DNA of 53,126 nucleotides, taken from IMG/VR virus record IMGVR_UViG_3300031953_000274, positions 1 through 53,126 of that record; one strand, written 5' to 3'. Below the pieces are notes generated by a model. The model saw only the letters and a program-made list of their open reading frames with translations. It did no database searches and was not told the DNA's origin. Below are positions 25,670 through 35,100 of the stretch, one piece after another (positions within the stretch are counted from its first letter, which is position 1; each line of letters starts with the position of its first letter). Made by a program: the position numbers and the translations under genes. The stretch comes from a virus. Taxonomy: Duplodnaviria > Caudoviricetes.

Positions 25670-26120
25670 CTTTAAAACCTGCGATCAACTGGTAGAGCAC
25701 TTCGACGAGAACACAAAGCACCTAATAGACAGCGACACTTACGACCTGATCCGCATTACGTGGGAAGAGGCAAGCGCCGCAGCGTGTGACGAGAACAAGG
25801 GCATGAAATCCGAGCGTGACGCCCTCCAGGCGCGAGTAGCCGAGCTTGTGACGGCCTTGCAGGATGCCGTGGACATCATCCAAGCGGATGCCAACACAGA
25901 AGAAAACTATGGCTCGTTGTGCCGTATAGGCAACGTGCTATCTTCCAGCAACTCGGATGCCTTAATTCTCCGTAAGCAGGCCGAAGAACTCGACATCGAA
26001 GCCGCTGGCTTTGAGCTTTCGGGCAACGAGGTCGTGAGCGGGCGTTATGTGGCTACGGTTCTGCGTCATGCTGCTAACAAAAGGCGCGACGAGGCCGACA
26101 AGGCGGGAGGTGGTGTATGA
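25662..26120 (+). CDS. Hypothetical protein (cassette family)
   Basis: Start MSDFK at 25662 after GGAGG; ARVAEL..LRKQA..DEADKAGGG. Confidence 0.65.
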   Translation: MSDFKTCDQLVEHFDENTKHLIDSDTYDLIRITWEEASAAACDENKGMKSERDALQARVAELVTALQDAVDIIQADANTEENYGSLCRIGNVLSSSNSDALILRKQAEELDIEAAGFELSGNEVVSGRYVATVLRHAANKRRDEADKAGGGV

Positions 26121-26236
26121 GCAGGCGCGCATGGTATCGCTGCAATGCCCGCAAGGCTCGGGTGTTGCTTGAGCGGGGCGTGAAGATCCGGCTTGAGAAT
26201 GGGGTTTGGTATTTTAAGCGGAGGGCGAGGGGATGA
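26117..26236 (+). CDS. Small basic protein (39 aa)
   Basis: Read by hand; ATGA overlaps at both ends, GGAGG RBS. Confidence 0.5.
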   Translation: MSRRAWYRCNARKARVLLERGVKIRLENGVWYFKRRARG

Positions 26237-26424
26237 TCGATAGATTTATTAGGCTTCCAGAGGTTATCAAAGCTGTCGGACTGTGTAAGCCGACTATCTA
26301 TGTCAAGATCAGCGCCGGCGAATTTCCAGAGCCCATCAAGCTTGGCCGGGTGTCGGTATGGCTGCAGTCAGAAATCAGCGCATGGATTGATGAGCGTGTG
26401 TCAGAATACCGGAAAGCCAGTTAA
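26233..26424 (+). CDS. alpA: AlpA-family excisionase / recombination directionality factor
   Basis: RFIRLPEVIKAVGLCKPTIY.KI..GEFPEPIKLG..SVWLQSEI..WI. Confidence 0.9.
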   Translation: MIDRFIRLPEVIKAVGLCKPTIYVKISAGEFPEPIKLGRVSVWLQSEISAWIDERVSEYRKAS

Positions 26425-26439
26425 CCAAGCGGCGGCGAT

Positions 26440-26726
26440 TGCGGGTACCTATGAGGGTACCGTCAGCAGTCGCCAGCCATTACCCCTTTAAATTTCAACC
26501 GGTTGCAGTCCGTATGATACTGATGATCGAGAATTATCATTAACCAAACTTAGTGTCCATGGCAGTCTATTGACGTATGCGAATTTATTTACATCTGCTC
26601 AAAATGGATTTATCTGCCATTATTTGAATATGCACTTTCTGTTGGCGTCTATCAGGGATTACTCAAGTCTACGGTTTTTGAGGGTAGATTTAGGGGTAGA
26701 TCTGAAAATGGCCGGCGATACCCTCA
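26440..26726. other. Putative attP with integrase arm-type sites
   Basis: Two matching clusters: TGCGGGTA/TGAGGGTA plus inverted TACCCCTT (26440-26488) and TGAGGGTA/TAGGGGTA plus inverted TACCCTCA (26679-26726); AT-rich core; IHF-like TTTCAACCGGTTG. Confidence 0.72.
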
Positions 26727-26746
26727 AATAAAATTGGAGAGTGGCG

Positions 26747-27106
26747 ATGGGTGAATTGAAGCCATGCTGGAAATGCGGAAGCCCAGGCAAAGTAGAAGAG
26801 AACGGCGGGTATATCTTTGCAGTTTGCAAAAGTGCGCGCTGCTCTAATAGCGGTAGCTGGGGTGTTGATATAGATGTGTGGAATCGTGGCGGGATAACTG
26901 AGGTGCAGGAGCTTCGGGCAAGGGTGGCGAAGTTGGCAAGGTTCATAACCATGAACTGCGAGGGCTTCACAGGAGATCATGCCTGCAAAGAGTGCCACCC
27001 ATACAGCGAGTTAGCGACCGCAGGTTTTCAGTGCGGGCTGCACTTGGCTGAAAGCATGATGCAATCCGACGAAGAATCGGAGAAAGCGCGCCGTGCCCCT
27101 AACTGA
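26747..27106 (+). CDS. Lar-like zinc-finger protein
   Basis: MGELKPCWKCG..C...C..WNR; GGAG RBS; overlaps the int start. Confidence 0.6.
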   Translation: MGELKPCWKCGSPGKVEENGGYIFAVCKSARCSNSGSWGVDIDVWNRGGITEVQELRARVAKLARFITMNCEGFTGDHACKECHPYSELATAGFQCGLHLAESMMQSDEESEKARRAPN

Positions 27107-28307
27107 CCTTGCCCTGCGCCGCGCCAAGCCAGAAGCCAAAGCTTACAAGATGACGGACGGTGCCGGCCTCTACATCGAGATCCGCCCGACTGGCTCCAAG
27201 CTGTGGCGATATCGCTACCGGATCGCCGGCAAGGAAAATGCTTTTGCCCTGGGCGAGTATCCCGAGCTGTCTTTATCGGCGGCAAGGGTGGCGCGTGATG
27301 AAGCCCGAAAGCTGGTCAAAAGTGGGATTAATCCCGCGCATGTTCGGCAGGCCGAGAAGCTGAACAACATCGCCGAGGGTGCGCAAACGTTTGAATCCGT
27401 GGCGCGGGAATTTGCAGAGCAGAAAGCGAAGGTCTGGACGCTAAAATACGCAGACCAGTTCAAGCGGGCGATGACGAACAACGCTTATCCGTTTATTGGG
27501 AAGTTGCCTATACGCCAAGTGACCAGCATGCACATTCTGGAAATCTTGCGGCGAATGGATAAACGAGGTGCAGCCACCTACGCATTCTCAGTTCGCCAAT
27601 GGTGCAGCGCCGTATTCAGGTATGCAGCCTCAACGATGCGTGCAGAGGGTGACCCTGCGGCCGCATTGCGGGGCGCCATTTCAAGGCCGGCCGTGAAGCA
27701 CGCTCGGGCGCTTGAGCAAAAAGAAATTGCGGAGTATTTGGGTAAGCTGAAAAAGTTCGGCGGGAATCGGACAACGGGGATCTGTCTTGAGTTGTTACTG
27801 CTGACGTTCGTTCGGTCGGCAGAGATTCGCCAGTCACGATGGGAAGATTTCGACTTGGAGGGATCCGTGTGGCGCATACCCGCAGAGAAAATGAAGATGC
27901 GGAGGATTCATGTGGTGCCGCTAGCAAAGCGGGCTGTTGAGCTTCTGAGGGAGTTGCGCACTATAACCGGCGCCGGTGACTGGCTATTCCCGAATATGCG
28001 TCGGCCGCGGGATGTGATGTCACCAACAACGATCAACCGGGCGCTTGAGTATATGGGTTACGCTACCGGCAAGGTCACAGGCCACGATTTTAGGGCCACG
28101 GCATCTACCCGGCTGAATGAAATGGGGTACCCGGAGGCGCACATTGAAATGCAGCTGGCTCACGCCAAAAAGAACAAAACTGCAGCGGCTTACAATCACG
28201 CGCAGTACCTGGCAGAGCGAACGCGCATGATGCAAGACTGGTCGGATTATGTGTATTCTTTGAGTGGTAATGTGGTGGGGATTCATAGGGCTAATGTGAG
28301 GGGGTGA
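27093..28307 (+). CDS. int: Tyrosine integrase (P4-like, arm-binding N-terminus)
   Basis: DGAGLY..GSKLWRYRYR..LGEYPELSL; VRSAE, KMK, HDFR, LAH, AYN catalytic residues intact. Confidence 0.97.
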   Translation: MPLTDLALRRAKPEAKAYKMTDGAGLYIEIRPTGSKLWRYRYRIAGKENAFALGEYPELSLSAARVARDEARKLVKSGINPAHVRQAEKLNNIAEGAQTFESVAREFAEQKAKVWTLKYADQFKRAMTNNAYPFIGKLPIRQVTSMHILEILRRMDKRGAATYAFSVRQWCSAVFRYAASTMRAEGDPAAALRGAISRPAVKHARALEQKEIAEYLGKLKKFGGNRTTGICLELLLLTFVRSAEIRQSRWEDFDLEGSVWRIPAEKMKMRRIHVVPLAKRAVELLRELRTITGAGDWLFPNMRRPRDVMSPTTINRALEYMGYATGKVTGHDFRATASTRLNEMGYPEAHIEMQLAHAKKNKTAAAYNHAQYLAERTRMMQDWSDYVYSLSGNVVGIHRANVRG

Positions 28308-28310
28308 TTT

Positions 28311-28640
28311 ATGTACTGGACACTAGAAACACGGCGGCCAACGCTGGACGAGATTATGGTGCAAGGCGAGGACAGAATACGCAAAAGCATTGATGATGCG
28401 TGCGCGGGGTTTGAGACGCCACAGATTCCCGTCAAGCTAGCGCCTTCGTGGATGGATGAAAAATCTGTAACAGCTAGGCGGCACCTTCAAAAGATTGCCG
28501 ATATACAAAATGCGTTCGTCAACCAATCGTGCCACTGCCACGCAATCCCTCGCGGAGCATCAATTCCTAGTAGTGGCCGAGTTATCTGGCCGCAGTACGC
28601 TCAGGGGCTGGCTGACGTTTACGGTGGAACTTTGGGGTGA
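28311..28640 (+). CDS. Hypothetical protein
   Basis: 109 aa immediately after int, GAGGGG RBS. Confidence 0.5.
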   Translation: MYWTLETRRPTLDEIMVQGEDRIRKSIDDACAGFETPQIPVKLAPSWMDEKSVTARRHLQKIADIQNAFVNQSCHCHAIPRGASIPSSGRVIWPQYAQGLADVYGGTLG

Positions 28641-28643
28641 CAT

Positions 28644-28826
28644 ATGAATGAGTGGCGAGATTTTACACATGAGGATTTAAAGTCAATCGTCGAGAATGGA
28701 ATTATTCGGATTGAGAATGTTCGGTTTATCGAGAGCGAGACCTGCACGCCGGCAAAGGACTATAGCTCAGTGAGCCGCGGCAAGGGTAAAAAGCGGAAAT
28801 TGTGGGAGGGTCAGCGGTATGGGTGA
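28644..28826 (+). CDS. Hypothetical protein
   Basis: 60 aa, in operon arrangement. Confidence 0.45.
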   Translation: MNEWRDFTHEDLKSIVENGIIRIENVRFIESETCTPAKDYSSVSRGKGKKRKLWEGQRYG

Positions 28827-29151
28827 AATGGTCGCGATAGCTGGCGTTCAGGTCAGCACAGATTTCATTTGGGCGATTATGGTTTCAGGCCTGACTGCCA
28901 TCCTGCTCGCCCTCGAAATGAGGATCTTTCGAAAAGAAATTTACGATCAGACGGGGTGGATGGACTGGTGCGGATACTTCGCCCTTGCCGGGATACCTAT
29001 CATTCTGGTCGGCGGCATTCTCGACTTGCGGATTTTAATGGCCGCAGGCGTGCTACTCCTGTTCCCGCTCTACCCGATAGCCATCCTTGGCCTTATTGGT
29101 AAGCTGGACGATATAAGAATCAGCCTGGTTAGGGGTTGGCGAGAACGCTAG
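28819..29151 (+). CDS. Membrane protein (about 3 TM)
   Basis: Three hydrophobic segments; GGAGG RBS; convergent with the giant gene. Confidence 0.6.
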   Translation: MGEMVAIAGVQVSTDFIWAIMVSGLTAILLALEMRIFRKEIYDQTGWMDWCGYFALAGIPIILVGGILDLRILMAAGVLLLFPLYPIAILGLIGKLDDIRISLVRGWRER

Positions 29152-32100
29152 TCGCTCGCCTCGTTGTACCGCTTATTGAACTTGTCGATGGCGCCCTTCA
29201 TTCGGCGTTCGACTTTCTGCAGGCGCTCATCCTTTTCGCTGGCTGAAAGCTCCAGGGACTCAATTCGGTCGCGCTGATTGCGCAGACTTTTGAGCCTCTT
29301 CTCAACCGACTTCACCATACCCTGCAGTTGCATTTTTCCACGGTACTCCTTCGCAAACTCAAGCCGTTCCCGGCCTTTCAGGTTTTTGCGCTCATCAACA
29401 AGTTGAGCAATTTCATTGCGGCGGTCATAGAATTTCGATTGATCGTCGTAGGGGAGAACTTTACCGCTTACTTTCCGGTAAAACGGAAGCTCTCGATCCT
29501 CCATCTCGACCCCGGTTGACGCCTTGACGGCAAAGTTTGGAACCCGACTGGTGAAGAAGCTGTACGCCCCGCCGCCATAATAGCCAACAAGAAACTGCAT
29601 CACGTCGGGGCTTAGATCGACGGCGCCGCTGCGGTAATCGCTACCACCTGTTCCGTCGTTCAAGCCCTCTGCCAAAACCTTGAACGCCTCGGGTGTACTG
29701 CGGAAGTAAAGGCTGCTGTCGGGCTTCTGTGTGCCGAACGGGAAGTTTTCTTTATAGATCGGTCCGCCCATAAAGTTTTCGTTCAGCGCTATGCTGGCGA
29801 TTGGTCGCAGGATTGTTGGGGTGATGTTTTTGGCAATGACGCCGTAGGCTTCGCCGGACTCCTGGAAGCCAATCGGTGAGAAGCTGCCCAGCGCTGCCAT
29901 CACCACGTTCCCGGCAATGTCACCGGCTGACTTGTCGCTGGCAAGCATGTGCTCCATGCTCAATCCGATAACCGGGAAAATGTTATAGCCATAAGGCAAG
30001 GGGATCGTCCAGTAAGTGCCAGGCTCGCCGCCATACAACGACTTCATGATGACGATGTTGCGCTCTTTCACATAGTCGGGCACCTTATCCCACCAGTTAA
30101 TCCCATCATCATCGTCACCGGCCACCATGCGGTTCAGCGATGACAGCGCGAAACCGCCTACGGCCATGCCGGCAGCGATTTTCTGTGCCGTGTTTAAGCG
30201 ACTCCACATCGGGTCACCTTTTACGCCGTTTAGCCGGCCCAGGGTGCGAATGAAGTTTGCCGTACCTTGAACCGAGGCGTTGGCGAACATGTACAGCGCG
30301 TTCATGGTGGTGCCAAGCTCACCCTTCCGGTTGAAGTTCACCGTCATGTTCTTGGCCAGGGATGCCGCCTTCGCACGGGATATACCGGCCTCTATGGCGT
30401 TGACGTAGGCGGATAGGCGAACCCCGTTTTCAATGGCCGAGTTGGTATTTTCCACCCAGTCCGCGACCGCCCGAAATGCCTGGCGTGAGCGATTGGTAAA
30501 CCCTCCGCCCGCCATGGACATCATGGCCTCAAGGTCTTTCATCTGGCCGTCCACATCTTTCATGTCAAACCAGCCAGTCTTCGCGCCATCTGCACGGAAC
30601 TGGTCAAAGTGGGCTTGCCACTCGCCAGCCCTTCCCGTCAGCGGCTTTCCTTTGAGGGAGGCATTGATAGCACGTATTGCGCCAGGCACATCCTTTACGG
30701 TCTTAGCGGCGATGCGCGTACCCCTTGCCATGCCATCATCGGAAGACTGCTCAGATGTCAGGTTCAATATCGCAGTTTGAATGTCCCGCGAGAAGTTGGA
30801 GATAACGAACTCGGGGTTATAACTGGTGTTCAGCGTTGACATTAATCGGGTGACCGCGCTCAGTGAGCGGATCAAGATATTGTTGTTCTCCGGCCCAATG
30901 TTGCGCATGGCCTTCAGTAGTCGCTCGTCCTCCAGCTTAATGTAGTGCGTTTTGCCGTCCACTTTGGTGGTGAAATACCGATCACTCATCATCGCCATGG
31001 GAACCGCCTGCTCTTCGACGCGAACAACGGTTTTTTTGGTGGCCGGATCAATGCGCTTTACAGCCTTGCGCTCGACTTCTGGGTTTTCGGCGGTGAACAC
31101 TTGCCAATAATCGCCATTCGGATAGCTGTTAACCAGATTCAGAAAGGCGTTTCCGACTTCGTTTTTCCGATGGCGCAGCACCGCCTCTGACAAATCGCTG
31201 ATGGTGTTAGCGGTTGGAGAGGCGGCCTTTGATTTGCGCCCAGCGGCCAGTCGGGATTCATTGCCCGAGATGGCAAAGCCTTTACCGGACCTTGGCATAC
31301 TGGTTTGTTGCTCGTCAGCCGCCCAACCCTTGAGTGGCACGTAAAATTTGTATGAGGCTTCCCACGCCCCAAGCGTGTCCTCGTCCAGCAGGCCGGCATC
31401 TTTGAGTATCTGGCGGCGGCGCTCTAGCATGGCGTGAACCTTGCCGGCCAGAGACTTGTATTTCGTTAAGTTGCCAGCCTGGTCTACCCTATTAATGGCG
31501 GCGGCGGCTTCTGCATTCATCATGCCTGAGCCGCCGTCCGGCATTTCCGGGTTGCGGGCCGCAATGACCTTGTTGCGCTCCGGGGCATGCATGGCATACA
31601 AGAACTCATCAAGCTGTTCAAGCGTCACGCCATCACGGGACATTTGCTTTGCAAGCGGCTCGACCATGCTTTCCTGAATCAAGCGAACGTCATTTTCCAC
31701 CTTTCCATGGAACGACTCTTCGAACCTGTAGGCGTTGGCGTCTTCGCTAATTTCACCAAAGCGTTCGTTAATATTCTGCTGGACCCCCTTCAGCACGGTG
31801 AACTTGTCGGCAAATTTCGATACGGTCTGGCGTATGAGCGTGTCGCTTGGCGGACCAAACGGCTGCGCATCAGGGTCACCCGCCCGACTAAACCGAATGT
31901 CGGCGCTGTCGGAATCAAAGTTGCCGTTGTTTTCGGTGGATTTGATTTGGTTGGGCTTGAAGGTGACGTAAACGTCAGAAGCAATCAGGTTGTTGCCTTT
32001 GTCGTCCATGGCGGCAGTGTCGAGCATGCCCTTAATAATTACACCATCATTGCCAGCTCGCTTAGCAGTCTGCACCTCACGGGCAATCAAACCGTCATCA

Positions 32101-35100
32101 AAGGCGGTATCCGATTCGACAGTAACGATTCGAGGGTTGCTGATTGCCAAGAAGACCGATTTTACCTCGCCGGTATTCAGCAGGTCCGAGTCAATATAGT
32201 TTCGTAGCTCTTGGTCAATGTTACTGCGGTCATCGAAATATGCAGAGCGGTCCTCGTCTAATCGCTCTACGATCTGATCGATTACGAATTCCCTGCCATC
32301 GGTGTAATAGTCCTCAACCATCCCAGAGCTATCTGCTAGCGCCTCGAAATCTGACTCTGACAACTGCTCTACAGCTGCGCGGATCTCGGCAATCTGGGTT
32401 CTAGCGAGTTGTGCGCTGTCTCGGAATTGCTCGGCCAACACTCTGTTTGCAGTAAAGAAGAAGCCTTCTCCTGCAGATTCGGCCCCCGTAAAACTGCCCA
32501 TTCTCTGCTCATCGAAAGTATCGAATCGGCTACCGGACCCGTGATAAACAATCAGCGGCTGCCCACTCTCATCCACCACCTTGCTATCGCCAAACCATTT
32601 CTGGAAGGCTTCGGTATCGGTTTGGCTGGAGCGGCTGAAACTAGAAGGAGTTACGCCATCAGGCGAGTAATTGCCGCTTTCAATTCTTGCCGCATTGATT
32701 CTTTCTCCTGAGGTGTCAGGTGATACGGCCTGCAGCCCTTCCCTGATCTTATTCGCTGTTCTGTTGCCGTCTCTGGACGACACAATGCTTTCAGGCTCGA
32801 TCCGGTCTCTGTGCAGTGTGAACTTTTCGCCATTTTTATCGTACCCGTAAAAGGTTGTCTGCTCCGCTGGGTTTGTGAATCCAGACAGACGGCTTCCGTC
32901 TTTCAAATATACCGGATTCTTTAACCGAGAAGAGCCACCTCCGCTCGTTAGTAGTTGATCATCGAGATCCCGCATGACGAGGCTGAAATTATTATCTGCG
33001 CTTGACGGCTGAGAGTATCCGCCCCGCTCTACCACCTTTTGCGCTCCCGCCAGAATACCAAGCAAATCAGCTTCGGTCATTTGCAGCGTGAAGCCAAGTT
33101 TTCTGAGCCCTTCGCGCACGGCGGCCACAATCTTGTTCCACAGTTTCTGGTGCTTGCCGGTTTCGGCCAGGTGCGCCAACAGTTCTTCAGCCACGGTCAG
33201 CCGGTGATTGCTGTTGCTCGCACTGAAGTCACCGTTCGGGAAGTAGTTGCGGATGATCTTCTTGGCTTCGGCCGACTGGGCAAAGCTCATATACACCTGA
33301 TTCAACAGCGGTTTCAGATCGGCGCCCATCATCGTGCGCAAACCGTAGTGGCCTACCACTTCGTGCAATACAACCTCTTCCAGTGCCGCCCTTGTGGGGA
33401 TGCGGGAAGCCAGAATGTAAACCTTGCCCTCGAAGAATACGCCGCGCATATCGCTTTCTGCGCCGGCCTTGCGTATGGCTTCGCGTAGCTTCTGCGGGAG
33501 CTGGGCGATACGGTCGGTAATGATAACGTCGGGTTTGCCTTTCCAGCCGTCCATCAGGCCGCTGGTGATGGTTTCAGCTTGGGTGGCGGTTAGGTTGGGG
33601 GTGGCTTGGGTTGGGGAGCGTAGGAACTCGCCTTCGCGGGAGAACATCGCCACGCTGCCATCGTCGGCTTCTTTGCTTTCCACAACTTCAAAGAACGCAT
33701 CGTAGGCGGTGCGGATTTCTGGGATCTCGGCGGCTTCGGGGTACGGGTAACTGTCGCTGTCTTCCATGCCGAGGGCTTCTGACGCCTTCCAGTATTCCTC
33801 GGAAACAATGTTGGCCAGATAGTCGTTACTGGCGTTCTGGTCTTTCAGTTTTTCGATCACGTAGCTCTCAAAGGATCGGGCCGTCATTTCAATGTCGGTT
33901 GACCAGTAGGCTTTCGTGCGCACTTTGTCCAGCGACTGGCTGCGCTGCTTGAGCTTTGAGCGGTTAACGGTTTGGCGGATCTTCTTAAACGCCTCTGCCA
34001 TTTCCGGGCGGATAGAGTCGGCGGGCATACCGTCAGTGGCAAAGCGTGTGCTGCTTCCAACCCCTCGCTCACGGCCAAAATAGTTGTCCAGCGAATGCCA
34101 CCACTCATGCGCCAGACTTCCGGCGCCGCTATTTTTGGTCAGGTTAATGACAATCTGCCCGGGCTCATAATGTGCGGCCGCAGGGCGTTTACCGCCTTTT
34201 CCGCGGGCGCCGAGCGCCAGCCCAAGTTCGCCGTTCAGTGAAATCGCTTTTGCGGGAATGCCAATCACACCAGCCAAATCCATCAGCGCATCGTAAGCTT
34301 GATTCAAGTCGGCTTGGCGCCGGCCCTGCTCCACATAATTTCCAAACTGAACGCCTCTAAATCCCAGAGCTTCAGCAAATGCCTCCGGTGTCACGTCGCC
34401 GCCGTTGCGGTGATCCGCGCCTACTCTCGGTGAGTTGCTGGACTTTCGGTGGGCAGGGATGTTTTTCATTTTTTCCAGCGCAGCATCGAGCGCGGCTTGG
34501 TTTTCGGCCAGATACACCCGCGCATCTTTTACATTCGTAAAGCCCTCTTTAATTCGCACCACGTTGCTGCCAATTTTCTTGCCTATGAACACGTCGGTTT
34601 TGTCGTGGCGGTTGGAGTAAATATCAAAGCGCGTGTTTTTGGAGGGATTATCTTTTTCTGCCAGCGTTGCTTGCAGCTTTTTAAACTTCGCAATCGCCTC
34701 GTCTTTTGTGTCAGCAACAACCAACCGTTTCGGCATATTTCCGAATGAGGTTGTTTTAGCGGTGCGCTCAACCAGCCATTTGTTAAAGTTGCCTTTTACG
34801 CCATCAAACATGGTGTAGTGAGCAGAGTGGAATCTCAAACCTTTAAGGCTGGCACTGTGGCCTACAGCTGCATAAAGTTCGGCGCGGCTAAACACGTCAG
34901 AATCGACGGCGTGATAGGGGTCACTTTTTGCGCTGGCGCGAACATCCTCAATGCTGACATCGCCGGCCATGATGGATTCTGTGAAAGTGCGCAGCGCCTC
35001 TACTTTTCGCACCCACCCCTTTAGCTTCCACGCCGCCCTTGGCTTTGATGGCACTTCATCGCGGGCCGCTCGGGCAAACCCAACGGCCACCGGATCAGCG

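Noticed and set aside
19479-26115. CRISPR array or integron attC sites from the recurring 23-49 bp repeats
   Set aside because: Repeats are coding, of several different families, irregularly spaced by hundreds of bp and non-palindromic; no cas or integron integrase
26515-26560. Second hammerhead suggested by CTGATGA at 26520
   Set aside because: No stem II followed by GAAA and no stem I/III pairing
26549-26572. attB in guaB, from minus-strand ACTGCCATGGACACT (AMDT)
   Set aside because: Match is too short and flanking codons do not continue the IMPDH motif; better explained as one of the GTCYAT-like repeats
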